The notes under the pieces were generated by a model. The model saw only the letters and a program-made list of their open reading frames with translations. It was not told the DNA's origin and ran no database searches. The translations under genes were made by a program, and so were the position numbers. Positions 18,621 to 27,308 of a stretch of 64,000 nucleotides of DNA are shown here, piece after piece. Each line of letters starts with the position of its first letter. Position 1 is the stretch's first letter. Source of the stretch: a virus (lineage: Duplodnaviria; Caudoviricetes); IMG/VR virus record IMGVR_UViG_3300006099_000007, positions 1 through 64,000 of that record. One strand, written 5' to 3'.

Positions 18621-18748
18621 GATTGTTTAGAAGGTGAACATGTGATGTTCGGCAATCAATACGTCCTTACTATGCTCTTTTTGCCGGATTTGTCAAGCGT
18701 GCGGTTGTCATGCTGGCGCGGCTAATAATGCCGCTTTTTTTATCATCG

Positions 18749-20479
18749 TCAGGATATTTGAAACGTATATTTTTTGCTACGCTTCTTCCCGCGGGAATCC
18801 CATTTGACGGTGCGGCCGTCATTTAATTTGAATGTCTTCCCTCCGTAGGTTGAATTAAGAAGGAAGGAAAAGCGTTTGTTGGATGCCTGGGTGAGTTTGT
18901 AACGGGGTATCTTGCTTTCATGCCCGGTTTCGTCCGTTTCCGTCACGTATTCCGTACGTGCGTCAATAAGAGATTCAAATGAGTTGCGTTCAATGCAGAT
19001 TTCTATGATTTCGTCCCATTTGATTTCTCCGTATGTTTCACCGGGCTTCAGGCGTGCCACCGCCGTTTGCACCAAGTCGCGCATGTCCTGAAGGTTTTGG
19101 TCTCCGCCTCCGTATATTTCATCAGGACGTTCCCCGAACGGATCGCCAATGCCAAGCAGGGAGACAATGCCCGCAATAATGGATGATGTGCGTTGAAACC
19201 CTGCTCTTGTTTTGTCCGGCATGGGCCGTTTTTGCTCTATCCAGTTGCGAACAAACGCATGCAGGCAGGCCAGCAGTTCTGCCCGGTTGCCGGAGTCCTG
19301 AATGGTTTCAAGGTCAATGACGCGCTGAACTGTCCGGTCCTGGGGATTGGATTCTGTCAAATTCAAGTCGCATATCAGCAGCCGGGAAGCAAGGTCTGTG
19401 TTCCACTCCAGGGAGTTTCCGGTGATGAAGACGGTGGCGCAGTTTTGCTTGGTAACAAGAGATTGCGTATGAAATGGGCGTATGTCTTGGGAGACGGAAG
19501 AAATGAAGGATTCTAAACAAGTAGATTGCAGCTTGCCGCGCAGGTTGTCAAAATAGACGTAGGGCGCGCGGGTGTTAAGGATGGTGTTCAAGACGCCCTG
19601 AAGCTTTTCGTCGTCATAATACCATGGATGTTTTGCGTTATTGTTGTACGTGATGCCGGTGGCAAGGTCTGCCAATAGTGATTTGCCGGATCTTTGAGAA
19701 TTGGAGGTATAGACATAACCAAGTCGAGGTGAGGACAAAGGGAGCATGGCGGATGCGTACAGGGCGACGCAGGCGCAGGTATGGACCGCAAATGAGCGGG
19801 ATGTGGCGGATGTGGCCCGTTCCTGGAGGTCAGAGGAAGACCAGTCCAGGAAGGGGAATTCTTTATGCCAGTTGCGCCAGATAAGCAAGGCTTGCTCCAA
19901 CGGCATTTCCGTGTCGTAGTCCACGGCGGTTTTCAGGGTGTAGATCTTACTTTCCGGATCATAGCCGCGTTGGTTGAGGTGGTAGGAGCCATTAGGGAGC
20001 ATGGCCGGGGTGATTTGGTCGTGGATTTTGATCAATTCCGGGATGGCCGTGAGGAATTCCATGGATGAAAGGGTGAGCTTTGCTAGCGGTTCCTTCATGG
20101 GCTGGTAAACGAGCGTTGAATCATCTTTGGAGCGGAAAGCGCACGGGCAGATATATTTTTCCGCGGCGGAAATGAAATTGTTGGGGTTAAGGTACACGGT
20201 TTTGCCGTCGTCTGTGATATACACAGGAGAGCCGGCCAGATTATAAATAGGGGCATTGGCGCGTTGGAGGGCTATGGCAACACGTTCGCACCATTGGGGG
20301 GTTGTCGTGCCATTTTTGGAGGGCATGGCAACTTTGATTCTTCCGTCCGGTGTAAGGTCGTCTCCGGCAGGGGCGGGGCCTGGTTGCTCCAGACCGGCCA
20401 GAAATTGCTGAAGATCCGCTCCGGAGGCGTTGGTTAGCAAATTTTGTAATTTGAGAATAAGTTCTTGGGGGGAAGTCAT
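18749..20479 (-). CDS. Replicative NTPase/helicase, SF3/P4-primase-associated type
   Basis: Walker A QRSGKS, Walker B YVYFDN, motif C FITGN; ATG at 20479 overlaps the primase stop (ATGA). Confidence 0.7.
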   Translation of the reverse strand: MTSPQELILKLQNLLTNASGADLQQFLAGLEQPGPAPAGDDLTPDGRIKVAMPSKNGTTTPQWCERVAIALQRANAPIYNLAGSPVYITDDGKTVYLNPNNFISAAEKYICPCAFRSKDDSTLVYQPMKEPLAKLTLSSMEFLTAIPELIKIHDQITPAMLPNGSYHLNQRGYDPESKIYTLKTAVDYDTEMPLEQALLIWRNWHKEFPFLDWSSSDLQERATSATSRSFAVHTCACVALYASAMLPLSSPRLGYVYTSNSQRSGKSLLADLATGITYNNNAKHPWYYDDEKLQGVLNTILNTRAPYVYFDNLRGKLQSTCLESFISSVSQDIRPFHTQSLVTKQNCATVFITGNSLEWNTDLASRLLICDLNLTESNPQDRTVQRVIDLETIQDSGNRAELLACLHAFVRNWIEQKRPMPDKTRAGFQRTSSIIAGIVSLLGIGDPFGERPDEIYGGGDQNLQDMRDLVQTAVARLKPGETYGEIKWDEIIEICIERNSFESLIDARTEYVTETDETGHESKIPRYKLTQASNKRFSFLLNSTYGGKTFKLNDGRTVKWDSRGKKRSKKYTFQIS

Positions 20480-21690
20480 TTTTTGGGAGGGAGTAAGGGG
20501 GTGAGAGATTGGAGGGCAGCATTGAGGCCGTAGGTGGTGCAGGCTGCGGCGGCTTGCTGGATCAAGGGAACCGGCCATTCATCCGGCCGGGCAACGATTT
20601 CCGCGGCGCGGGTTGTCCAGTCCTGTTCTACGTTGCGGAGCGGAGTGGCGTAGAGTAAGGGGCGCAGGGTAGGGCGCGGGTTGAAATACAAAAGTTCCTG
20701 AAGTTTTTCCTGGCCGTTTACGGTGCGATAACAGCCGGGCAGCCGCGGCATGACAAGATGATTTGTGAGGGCCTGGATGTCTGCGCCAATGAGGGCTAAG
20801 GCGGGCTTTATCTGGTCCACATACCCGCGCCATTCTTCGTGTGTGGCTGCTTCCAGGCGGAAGAGTACATGCAGAGATCGGGATCCGGAGAAGGTGATGG
20901 AGACAATGGGGAGGGGTAGAGTAATGAGTGCCTGGAGCCATTGCTTCACGTCGTCCATTTGATCTGATTCCAGCAAGGCATGACGCCAGGTGAGGACGCA
21001 TTCTGAAGAGCGGCGGCTTTTTTTCCCGTCCCTGACGCGGAAAAATCCGTCCACGGGCTGCCCCAGGAAGATAATGCCGTCCGGCGCGGCCGTGGGAATG
21101 TGTTTGGCCTGGTCTGGCCAGAGGCATTGACCTTGCGTTTTTCGGTCGGCAAAAATGATTGTTTTTTCACCGCGTGCCGTATCAAACAGGGCGCGTAAAT
21201 ACAGATCCGGCGTAACTATGGCCGGATCTGTGGCGGAGATGTTGGCGAGGAAATAGCGGGATAATACTGGAGCCCCTTTTTCCGCCAGGGTGGCAATGAC
21301 GGAAGAATCAAGCTGCGGGACTGGCGGCGGCCCTGTGGGGGCCTTGGGTGGCGGGTTGTATTTGGCTGGTCCCTTGGCTATGCGTTTAGAGGGGGGCAAG
21401 GTAGTCGGTTCCGGTTTTTTGCGTCCTTGGGATTTGTCGGTGCCGTAGTTACCCTTGGGGCGGCGCGCCGCGTCTTCCAACTTGCGCCGGAGTTCCTTTT
21501 CATTCCAAGGCGGTTCGCACCGGGCGTTAAATGATAACAGGATAGGCCAGGCTTCATCCAAAGATAGATTGTAGTCGTTTACAAGGATGCGGCATGCGCG
21601 GAAGGTTGCCGCATGGCCGCCAGAACCGGAAACAGCCGGTTCCAGGGTATCAATATGTTTTTGTGCGCGGGAAATGGCGTCCATGGTCAA
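20476..21690 (-). CDS. DNA primase (AEP/RepB-like) with N-terminal PriCT-like domain
   Basis: N-terminal SGSGGH..TF.AC....PPW.EKEL pattern; catalytic LLESD and FSGSRSLH motifs. Confidence 0.75.
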   Translation of the reverse strand: MTMDAISRAQKHIDTLEPAVSGSGGHAATFRACRILVNDYNLSLDEAWPILLSFNARCEPPWNEKELRRKLEDAARRPKGNYGTDKSQGRKKPEPTTLPPSKRIAKGPAKYNPPPKAPTGPPPVPQLDSSVIATLAEKGAPVLSRYFLANISATDPAIVTPDLYLRALFDTARGEKTIIFADRKTQGQCLWPDQAKHIPTAAPDGIIFLGQPVDGFFRVRDGKKSRRSSECVLTWRHALLESDQMDDVKQWLQALITLPLPIVSITFSGSRSLHVLFRLEAATHEEWRGYVDQIKPALALIGADIQALTNHLVMPRLPGCYRTVNGQEKLQELLYFNPRPTLRPLLYATPLRNVEQDWTTRAAEIVARPDEWPVPLIQQAAAACTTYGLNAALQSLTPLLPPKK

Positions 21691-22271
21691 AGGTCAAGAT
21701 TGAGTTCCGGGTGTTTGCGTGTGCGGTGGGCGGGGGTGTCCTGCTTCTTTTTCCTGCGGCGTTTCTTTTGGGCCTTCCGGCTGGTCCAGGAAACTTGTGC
21801 GAGCTTGTGCAGGGCGGTTTTACCGTATTTGTCGATAAGAGCTTGAGCTTGGGCGGGTGTTAAGGAGTCCAGGAAAGCGTTGCAGGCATGCGCCCGCATG
21901 GATGATGCGCTGATTGTGTCGCTGGTCAGCAGAGCGAGATCGGAATGAGACAAGTTTTTTACTGATTCCGGGCAGTATAGTTTGGCGAGTTTGTAAACAT
22001 TCCGGGTGACGCGTTGCGGGTGGTAGCCGTTACGGAAGATGATAGTGAAAATTCCGATAAGGATATGTAGGCGGGCGTCCGCTATTTCTTCTTTCACCAC
22101 GTCAAGCTGATGATGATTCAAACCGCATTCATAGAGTTCTTTTGAGAGTTCAGGGAGGATGGGAGCGGCATCAAAAGGCGCATTCCATTGTTCCTGCGTT
22201 TCGCCGTAGGCGTGCAGCAGGTAGTCCAGCCAATCGCCGTAAACGTGTATAACAGAGGGGCTGGAACTCAT
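21687..22271 (-). CDS. Hypothetical phage protein
   Basis: Co-directional with the primase and overlaps its start; basic C-terminus. Confidence 0.6.
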   Translation of the reverse strand: MSSSPSVIHVYGDWLDYLLHAYGETQEQWNAPFDAAPILPELSKELYECGLNHHQLDVVKEEIADARLHILIGIFTIIFRNGYHPQRVTRNVYKLAKLYCPESVKNLSHSDLALLTSDTISASSMRAHACNAFLDSLTPAQAQALIDKYGKTALHKLAQVSWTSRKAQKKRRRKKKQDTPAHRTRKHPELNLDL

Positions 22272-22328
22272 AATGCACCCTCCTTCCAAGATAAGGCTTG
22301 CTCCAAAAGTGGAACTAAAAACAAGATG

Positions 22329-22499
22329 TTTACTACATTTTTTACTACGCTAAAGGCGTAAAATGTTGAAAGTAAACATGGAGGCGGGAGCGGGAATCGA
22401 ACCCGCGAGTTATTCCGGCATATATTCAGGGGGTATTTTGTCATGGTTTTACTAGGTTTTTTTATGTTTGTTGTTGATGGATTTACTACGCTGTACTAC
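22329..22499. other. attP-like site: tRNA-Cys-type 3' end core (22379..22407) with TTTACTAC arm repeats on both sides
   Basis: Reverse complement reads GCGGGTTCGATTCCCGCTCCCGCCTCCA (T arm, acceptor strand, CCA); TACTAC repeats at 22331, 22343, 22484, 22494; integrase adjacent. Confidence 0.8.
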
Positions 22500-22508
22500 G
22501 TTGCTCCT

Positions 22509-23525
22509 ATGGCATCCTACTACAAGCGCAAGGATAGTCCCTATTATTGGGTTGGCGTGATGCGTCCGGATGGGCGGCGGAAATACCGTGCGACAAAAAT
22601 CAGGCATGACCAGCCTGGGGCCCTGCGGCGTATTCTGGAATATGTGCGCGGACTGGAGAAAGAGGAACAGATGGCCCGGAATGAAGATGGCCGCCAGTTG
22701 TTCAAGGCGTGGGTGCCGGCGTTCCTGGAAGAGTTTCAACGTGAAGGCACGCGCCGCCGTTATCAGGTGGCGTGGAGGCATTTGGATTTGTTTTTCAGGC
22801 TCCGGGATGTTCAGCATCCGGGGGAAGTGGATTATAACCTGTTGAAAGATTATGTGGCTTTCCGGACGGATGCGGCCATGGCTAAGGAGTACGGTTGGCG
22901 CGCGTGTACCCGCAATAGTGCCATTCTGGAGCTGAAGGTGCTGGGGCGCATCATGACGGAGGCGGTAAGGAAGGGCTATATTTTCGCAAACCCGTGTTAT
23001 CACATGGGCTTGAGAAAAGACCCGGCGCGGGAGAAAAGGGAAATCACGAAAGAAGAAGAACGGCGCATTGCGGAAGCCTTGAAAGAAGCTCCGGAATGGA
23101 TGCGGGATTCTTTCATGATTGCCATGAAGCAGGGATGCCGGCTGAAGGAAGTTCAGGTGCCCGTGGAACGGGTGGATCTGGAACATGATACTATCCGTTT
23201 TCTTGGCAAGGGGGGCCGGATGCACGAGGCCCCTTTGCATCGGGACATTAGGCCGATTGCGGAAAAGGCCATGCGGGAGGGGCGTTCCTCCCTGGTTAAG
23301 TTGCCGGGGAACGCAAGCAAGCAATGGTGCCAGTTTTTTGACGATTTGGGGATGCCTGATTTGAGTTTCCATTGTACGCGGGTAACGGTAGTGACCCGGC
23401 TGGCGCGCGCGGGCTTTTCTGAAGGGCAATGTATGCAATATGTAGGGCATGCGTCGGAGCTGGTACATGCGATTTACCGCAAACTGAAAGCGCGTGATGT
23501 GGCTCAATTAGGTGATGTTTTGTAG
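22509..23525 (+). CDS. Tyrosine integrase
   Basis: GCRLKE (R), FHCTR (HxxR), VGH and C-terminal Y; adjacent to att. Confidence 0.92.
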   Translation: MASYYKRKDSPYYWVGVMRPDGRRKYRATKIRHDQPGALRRILEYVRGLEKEEQMARNEDGRQLFKAWVPAFLEEFQREGTRRRYQVAWRHLDLFFRLRDVQHPGEVDYNLLKDYVAFRTDAAMAKEYGWRACTRNSAILELKVLGRIMTEAVRKGYIFANPCYHMGLRKDPAREKREITKEEERRIAEALKEAPEWMRDSFMIAMKQGCRLKEVQVPVERVDLEHDTIRFLGKGGRMHEAPLHRDIRPIAEKAMREGRSSLVKLPGNASKQWCQFFDDLGMPDLSFHCTRVTVVTRLARAGFSEGQCMQYVGHASELVHAIYRKLKARDVAQLGDVL

Positions 23526-23788
23526 GCGTCAAGGTTGCGTTGCGGAATGCCGTGGGGGCCGGTAGGGCTTTTGCGTTCTTTGTACGGGCGGAATTCCGGG
23601 TTTGCTTTGAGCCATGCCAGGGCGTCTTTAATCAGGATGCGGCCGCCTGGGAACGGGCAGCCCCATTTTTTCATTGCGGAGGTGAAAGCCATGGTAACTC
23701 CAAGCGCGGCGGCAAGCTGGGTCTGGTTAAGCAGCCGCGGGGAGTTGCTCGGCAAGTTGCGGAGTTCTTCTTTTTCTTTTTGGGTCAT
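23504..23788 (-). CDS. Excisionase-like HTH protein
   Basis: LLNQTQLAAALGV helix-turn-helix; convergent on the integrase. Confidence 0.6.
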   Translation of the reverse strand: MTQKEKEELRNLPSNSPRLLNQTQLAAALGVTMAFTSAMKKWGCPFPGGRILIKDALAWLKANPEFRPYKERKSPTGPHGIPQRNLDAYKTSPN

Positions 23789-23806
23789 TGGTGTGTGTGG
23801 GGGGGG

Positions 23807-24157
23807 TTAGAGGTGGATGATATAAGGGGTGATGGCCGTGCAGGGGAGGCCGTGGCGTTTGATGTGGGCGGCGTAGGGTGATGTTGGGATGTGGTGGCGG
23901 CAAAAGGTTCCGGAAGTCCGGTGGGTTTGCAAGTAACAGGTTTCCCCGTCCGTTCCGGATCGGCGGCTGATGACGCAGGCTCCTAAATTGAGGGGGGTGG
24001 CCGTTACTGTAGTGTCGGTAATGTCCGGATCGGCGGCATTGATTTTGTAGTCAATTTTCTGTTCCGGTGCCCATAGCTGGCAGTTTCCGCAGCATTGGCA
24101 AGAGGTGCCGTTGAAGTTGTCTTCAATGTAACTTGTTTCTATTTTGTAAACATACAT
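23807..24157 (-). CDS. Hypothetical Cys-rich protein
   Basis: ORF in the early leftward operon; CQCCGNC motif. Confidence 0.5.
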   Translation of the reverse strand: MYVYKIETSYIEDNFNGTSCQCCGNCQLWAPEQKIDYKINAADPDITDTTVTATPLNLGACVISRRSGTDGETCYLQTHRTSGTFCRHHIPTSPYAAHIKRHGLPCTAITPYIIHL

Positions 24158-24208
24158 AATTTTCTAATAAAAGGATATTTATGTTGATTTCTAGCGTGAT
24201 GGAGTTCT

Positions 24209-24454
24209 TCATAAGAAAATTTCTTTTCCTTCCAGTTGTTTTAATATCTTATCCCTTCTTTTGCGGGCCACGTATAGATCTCGGGTACTGAGAAGTTTTT
24301 TTATGATTTTGTTTTCTTTTCCATTAGTGAGATATAGAACGATATGAAACCCGTCTTTGTCTAGCCAGAGGTTATAGTTGTAGTCATAGTCATGTATGGG
24401 TTTGGAGATAAGCCGGTAGTAGTTGTCGGTTTCTTTATTATGTTCTGTATTCAT
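24209..24454 (-). CDS. Hypothetical protein (low GC)
   Basis: Tightly packed leftward ORF cluster. Confidence 0.55.
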   Translation of the reverse strand: MNTEHNKETDNYYRLISKPIHDYDYNYNLWLDKDGFHIVLYLTNGKENKIIKKLLSTRDLYVARKRRDKILKQLEGKEIFL

Positions 24455-24460
24455 ATTCTT

Positions 24461-24667
24461 TTATTTGTAAGATGTCTGTGATAGATAGATAAGTTTTGAT
24501 GTGGCGTCGTTCGGAGTGTCGCCGTAAGCTTTTTGGGTTATCCATATTCCATTAAGACGGTAGGCGCGCCACTTCCGCGAACCTTCTTTTGTGATGAAAA
24601 TTTTAGTTCCTTTGACTCTTAGAGCATCCTGTTTTTTTGAATAGGTATAGTCGTATTTGGTGGTCAT
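24461..24667 (-). CDS. Hypothetical protein (low GC)
   Basis: Tightly packed leftward ORF cluster. Confidence 0.55.
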   Translation of the reverse strand: MTTKYDYTYSKKQDALRVKGTKIFITKEGSRKWRAYRLNGIWITQKAYGDTPNDATSKLIYLSQTSYK

Positions 24668-24852
24668 TTTTTTCTTCTTTTCCGGTTGAGTATTTTTCTT
24701 TTAATTTCCTTCCAGTTGTTGCCGATGGAGCCGGTGCATATATCCTTGACTATGGAGCCGTCATACATTGCTTCAATGTGCATGGCGTCAATTTTTAAGT
24801 GGGCTTTCCATACGTTAAGGCCGTATTTCCTTCTTTTGGCCGGAGCTTTCAT
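24664..24852 (-). CDS. Hypothetical basic protein (low GC)
   Basis: ATGA overlap with the next ORF. Confidence 0.5.
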   Translation of the reverse strand: MKAPAKRRKYGLNVWKAHLKIDAMHIEAMYDGSIVKDICTGSIGNNWKEIKRKILNRKRRKK

Positions 24853-24872
24853 AGTGATATTTGATTAAGCGT

Positions 24873-25280
24873 TTAATCCTCAGGCAACGGATATTCCGGA
24901 AACATGATTATTTCCCCTTCATCTATTTGTTTATTTAGGCAACTTGCTTCCTTTTCGAGTGCTTTTATTTGTTCACGGATTCTTAAAAACCGCTGAATAG
25001 CAACATTATTTTCCGCTTCTTGCGGCGAGATGCGGAAGGCAATCTGTTTGGCCCTTTTTCCTGATTTGTCCATGCCGTCCTTGCGGATATTGAAAGTGTA
25101 AAAAGCACTCCATTTCCCTGTAGTGGTAACAGCGAAAAAATTTTTCATATAGGCGCAAACGACAATGCCAAAATCCCAATGTGCTTTCCCTTTCTTTTCG
25201 TAAGGCGATGATGAAGGCTCAACAAGGAAGCGTATCAGTTCGCCGTTTTTGACGTCGTCAAATTGTCTTGTCCTTTTCAT
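24873..25280 (-). CDS. Hypothetical protein with C-terminal coiled coil
   Basis: Leftward cluster; start at 25280 assumed (track gives 25301). Confidence 0.5.
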   Translation of the reverse strand: MKRTRQFDDVKNGELIRFLVEPSSSPYEKKGKAHWDFGIVVCAYMKNFFAVTTTGKWSAFYTFNIRKDGMDKSGKRAKQIAFRISPQEAENNVAIQRFLRIREQIKALEKEASCLNKQIDEGEIIMFPEYPLPED

Positions 25281-25284
25281 GGGA

Positions 25285-25506
25285 TTATTTAATTTCTTCA
25301 AGGTAGTCTAAAGCTCCTGCTATGCATTCCGCGGCCTCCGTCATGGAACAAATGGCATCTACAGATTTCTTTATGCGGCTGATCTTCTGTTCCGGAAGGT
25401 TAGCATGATACTCTTCTTCTTTCTCCATGATAGTTTCCAGTCGGGAATGAAGGTTCTGGAGTGCTTTATGCAGTTTTTTTATCTCTTTGCGGCGTTGTTT
25501 ATTCAT
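25285..25506 (-). CDS. Small coiled-coil phage protein
   Basis: MNKQRRKEI..L...L..L pattern common in phage early genes. Confidence 0.6.
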   Translation of the reverse strand: MNKQRRKEIKKLHKALQNLHSRLETIMEKEEEYHANLPEQKISRIKKSVDAICSMTEAAECIAGALDYLEEIK

Positions 25507-25550
25507 GTTTTTTCTTGGTGGGAGGTGGTTGTTGGTGGTAGGGTGTTTTT

Positions 25551-25757
25551 ATGGATAACTTTGATGATTATATTGACTTAGTTTTAGTATCTGGAAGGCA
25601 TATCATAGTAGGGTGGAATTCTATTGTTTCCGTTGAGTATGGGGGCGTGAAGGGAGAGCCTGTACGGATTTCTCTGATGAATGGTTTGGTGTTTGAGTTG
25701 AAGTCTGACCAATGGGATTTGCTGATGTTGAGGATTGATAAGGGATATTTGGAGTAA
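25551..25757 (+). CDS. Hypothetical protein, opposite strand
   Basis: Protein-like composition, but overlaps the 3' end of 25621..26265. Confidence 0.35.
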   Translation: MDNFDDYIDLVLVSGRHIIVGWNSIVSVEYGGVKGEPVRISLMNGLVFELKSDQWDLLMLRIDKGYLE

Positions 25758-26265
25758 AGCGGGAATCCCAGTTCGTCAGAAGGGAAGAGGTTTGTTCCGG
25801 GGTGAGGTGATAGGCGGAGCGCAAAATGTGTTCTATGCGGTAGCGGGCCGCGTGGCCAGGTTCGTAAGTTGTTTTTTTGAGCCAGAGGGCCGCGCGGGTG
25901 TAGTTGTCTTCAGGGGCGTCCGTATTTTTTTCTTCCGGCGCGGTCCATAGGGGATCATAGGCAAGGTAAGTCGTGAAGCCTTTGCGGGCGGTGGCTATGA
26001 TAAGACGCTCGGAATAGTAGCCCCCTTTGTGCTCTTCCAATATGGAGGGGGTGATGGCGTGGAATGTAAGGATTCCGTGTTCGGTGTAGTAGAGCCGGCA
26101 GGAATTGGTTTCTAGCAGGTGTTGATGGTGCGGTGTTCCTACAGGGAAAGGAATAGTCCGGATGATTGCCCGGTCTGTGAACTCTGCGAGATCCAACAAG
26201 GGATGAAGGGGAGTATTTTGCGTGGGGGTGTTCATGGTGGTTCCTTTTTTGTGTTCTGTACTCAT
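25621..26265 (-). CDS. Hypothetical protein
   Basis: Co-directional with the early operon; C-terminal 40 aa look low-complexity. Confidence 0.5.
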   Translation of the reverse strand: MSTEHKKGTTMNTPTQNTPLHPLLDLAEFTDRAIIRTIPFPVGTPHHQHLLETNSCRLYYTEHGILTFHAITPSILEEHKGGYYSERLIIATARKGFTTYLAYDPLWTAPEEKNTDAPEDNYTRAALWLKKTTYEPGHAARYRIEHILRSAYHLTPEQTSSLLTNWDSRFTPNIPYQSSTSANPIGQTSTQTPNHSSEKSVQALPSRPHTQRKQ

Positions 26266-26291
26266 ATTTTTTTGATGGTTGGTTGTGGTTG

Positions 26292-26501
26292 TTAGGCGGC
26301 GGGGCGGTTGCGGCGATCACGCAGGAGAATGAGGCGGCCTATGAAGTCCGCAAAAGTGCGGGCGAGCATTTCCGGACTTGCACCGGGGTTAGCGGCGGCG
26401 TGCATGTCCATGAGGGCCGCGTGTTCCTCCGCAGTAAAGGGGAGATAGACTAGTTGGGTGGTCGTTTGATTCGGATTTGTATGAGATATATTACATTCCA
26501 T
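26292..26501 (-). CDS. Small regulator-like protein (Cro/RHH-like), cassette A
   Basis: Divergent from the HTH gene 26602; ends NRPAA like 27014..27199. Confidence 0.45.
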   Translation of the reverse strand: MECNISHTNPNQTTTQLVYLPFTAEEHAALMDMHAAANPGASPEMLARTFADFIGRLILLRDRRNRPAA

Positions 26502-26601
26502 GAATGATTGAATATAGATTTATTCACATTTAGTCAAGACGTAAATGTAATGTAATTCACATTTTTGCGTTTCTTGATTGACAAAATAAGAATTTTTCTA
26601 C

Positions 26602-26958
26602 ATGTTTTCGCCCATGAAGAATGATGAGGTCAAGCAGTGGCTGAAGAGCTGTGGCAAGAATGGCGTTTGGCTGGCAGCCCAGTTGGGCCGCACAACGGCC
26701 TCCATTTATAAATGGCTGAATGTTCCCGGCGCAGATGTGCCGCGCGCGCATGAGAAGCTGATTTCTTTGCTGATGGAGAAGGAAGCGGCGGCCCGTGTGG
26801 ACCGGGAGAAGCATGAGGTGTGCTGCGGTTTTACGGAGGAAGAATTTTCCCGGTTGTCCGCGCATGCGGCGGTGCAGGGAATGACAGTGGAAGAATGGGC
26901 CTTGCATTTGTTGAGAGGCTTGACGTTTTTCCCGCGGGATGGGCGGGACAGTGAGTGA
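26602..26958 (+). CDS. HTH transcriptional regulator, cassette A
   Basis: WLAAQLGRTTASIYKWL HTH plus C-terminal FTEEE..AA..G.TVEEW; paralogue of 27309..27662. Confidence 0.7.
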   Translation: MFSPMKNDEVKQWLKSCGKNGVWLAAQLGRTTASIYKWLNVPGADVPRAHEKLISLLMEKEAAARVDREKHEVCCGFTEEEFSRLSAHAAVQGMTVEEWALHLLRGLTFFPRDGRDSE

Positions 26959-27013
26959 CGCCGCAGGTGCGCGGCGTTATTCAGCTTTTTTTGATGGTTG
27001 GTTGTGGTTGAGG

Positions 27014-27199
27014 TCAGGCGGCGGGGCGGTTGAGGGTGGTGGTTTTTGATTTTGAATATTGGTCCAGGGCGTATGAGATGATTCCGTGGACCAGGTCTTT
27101 CACCGGGATATGGATGTGTTCAGCAATGCCTTCCAATGCCTGGAAGTCTTCTTCCTTCAGCCGGATGATGAGGTTGGTTTGTAATGATGTCGTAGCCAT
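27014..27199 (-). CDS. Small ribbon-helix-helix-like regulator, cassette B
   Basis: LIIRLKEEDFQALEGIAE...VKDLVHGII RHH pattern. Confidence 0.55.
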   Translation of the reverse strand: MATTSLQTNLIIRLKEEDFQALEGIAEHIHIPVKDLVHGIISYALDQYSKSKTTTLNRPAA

Positions 27200-27308
27200 G
27201 GTTTTTGATTACAACAAAGTTGCTCGTCAGTCAAAATATTTTTACTCAAAAGTTGTCATTCGGGAAAATTGTTTGACCTGCCGTGCAATTTTGTTGTAGT
27301 GTCCGGGC

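Noticed and set aside
22379-22407. Possible tRNA gene
   Set aside because: Only T arm and acceptor 3' strand are present; no anticodon or D arm. Treated as an att core.
22452-23507. 351-aa minus-strand ORF
   Set aside because: Antisense to the integrase; shadow frame.
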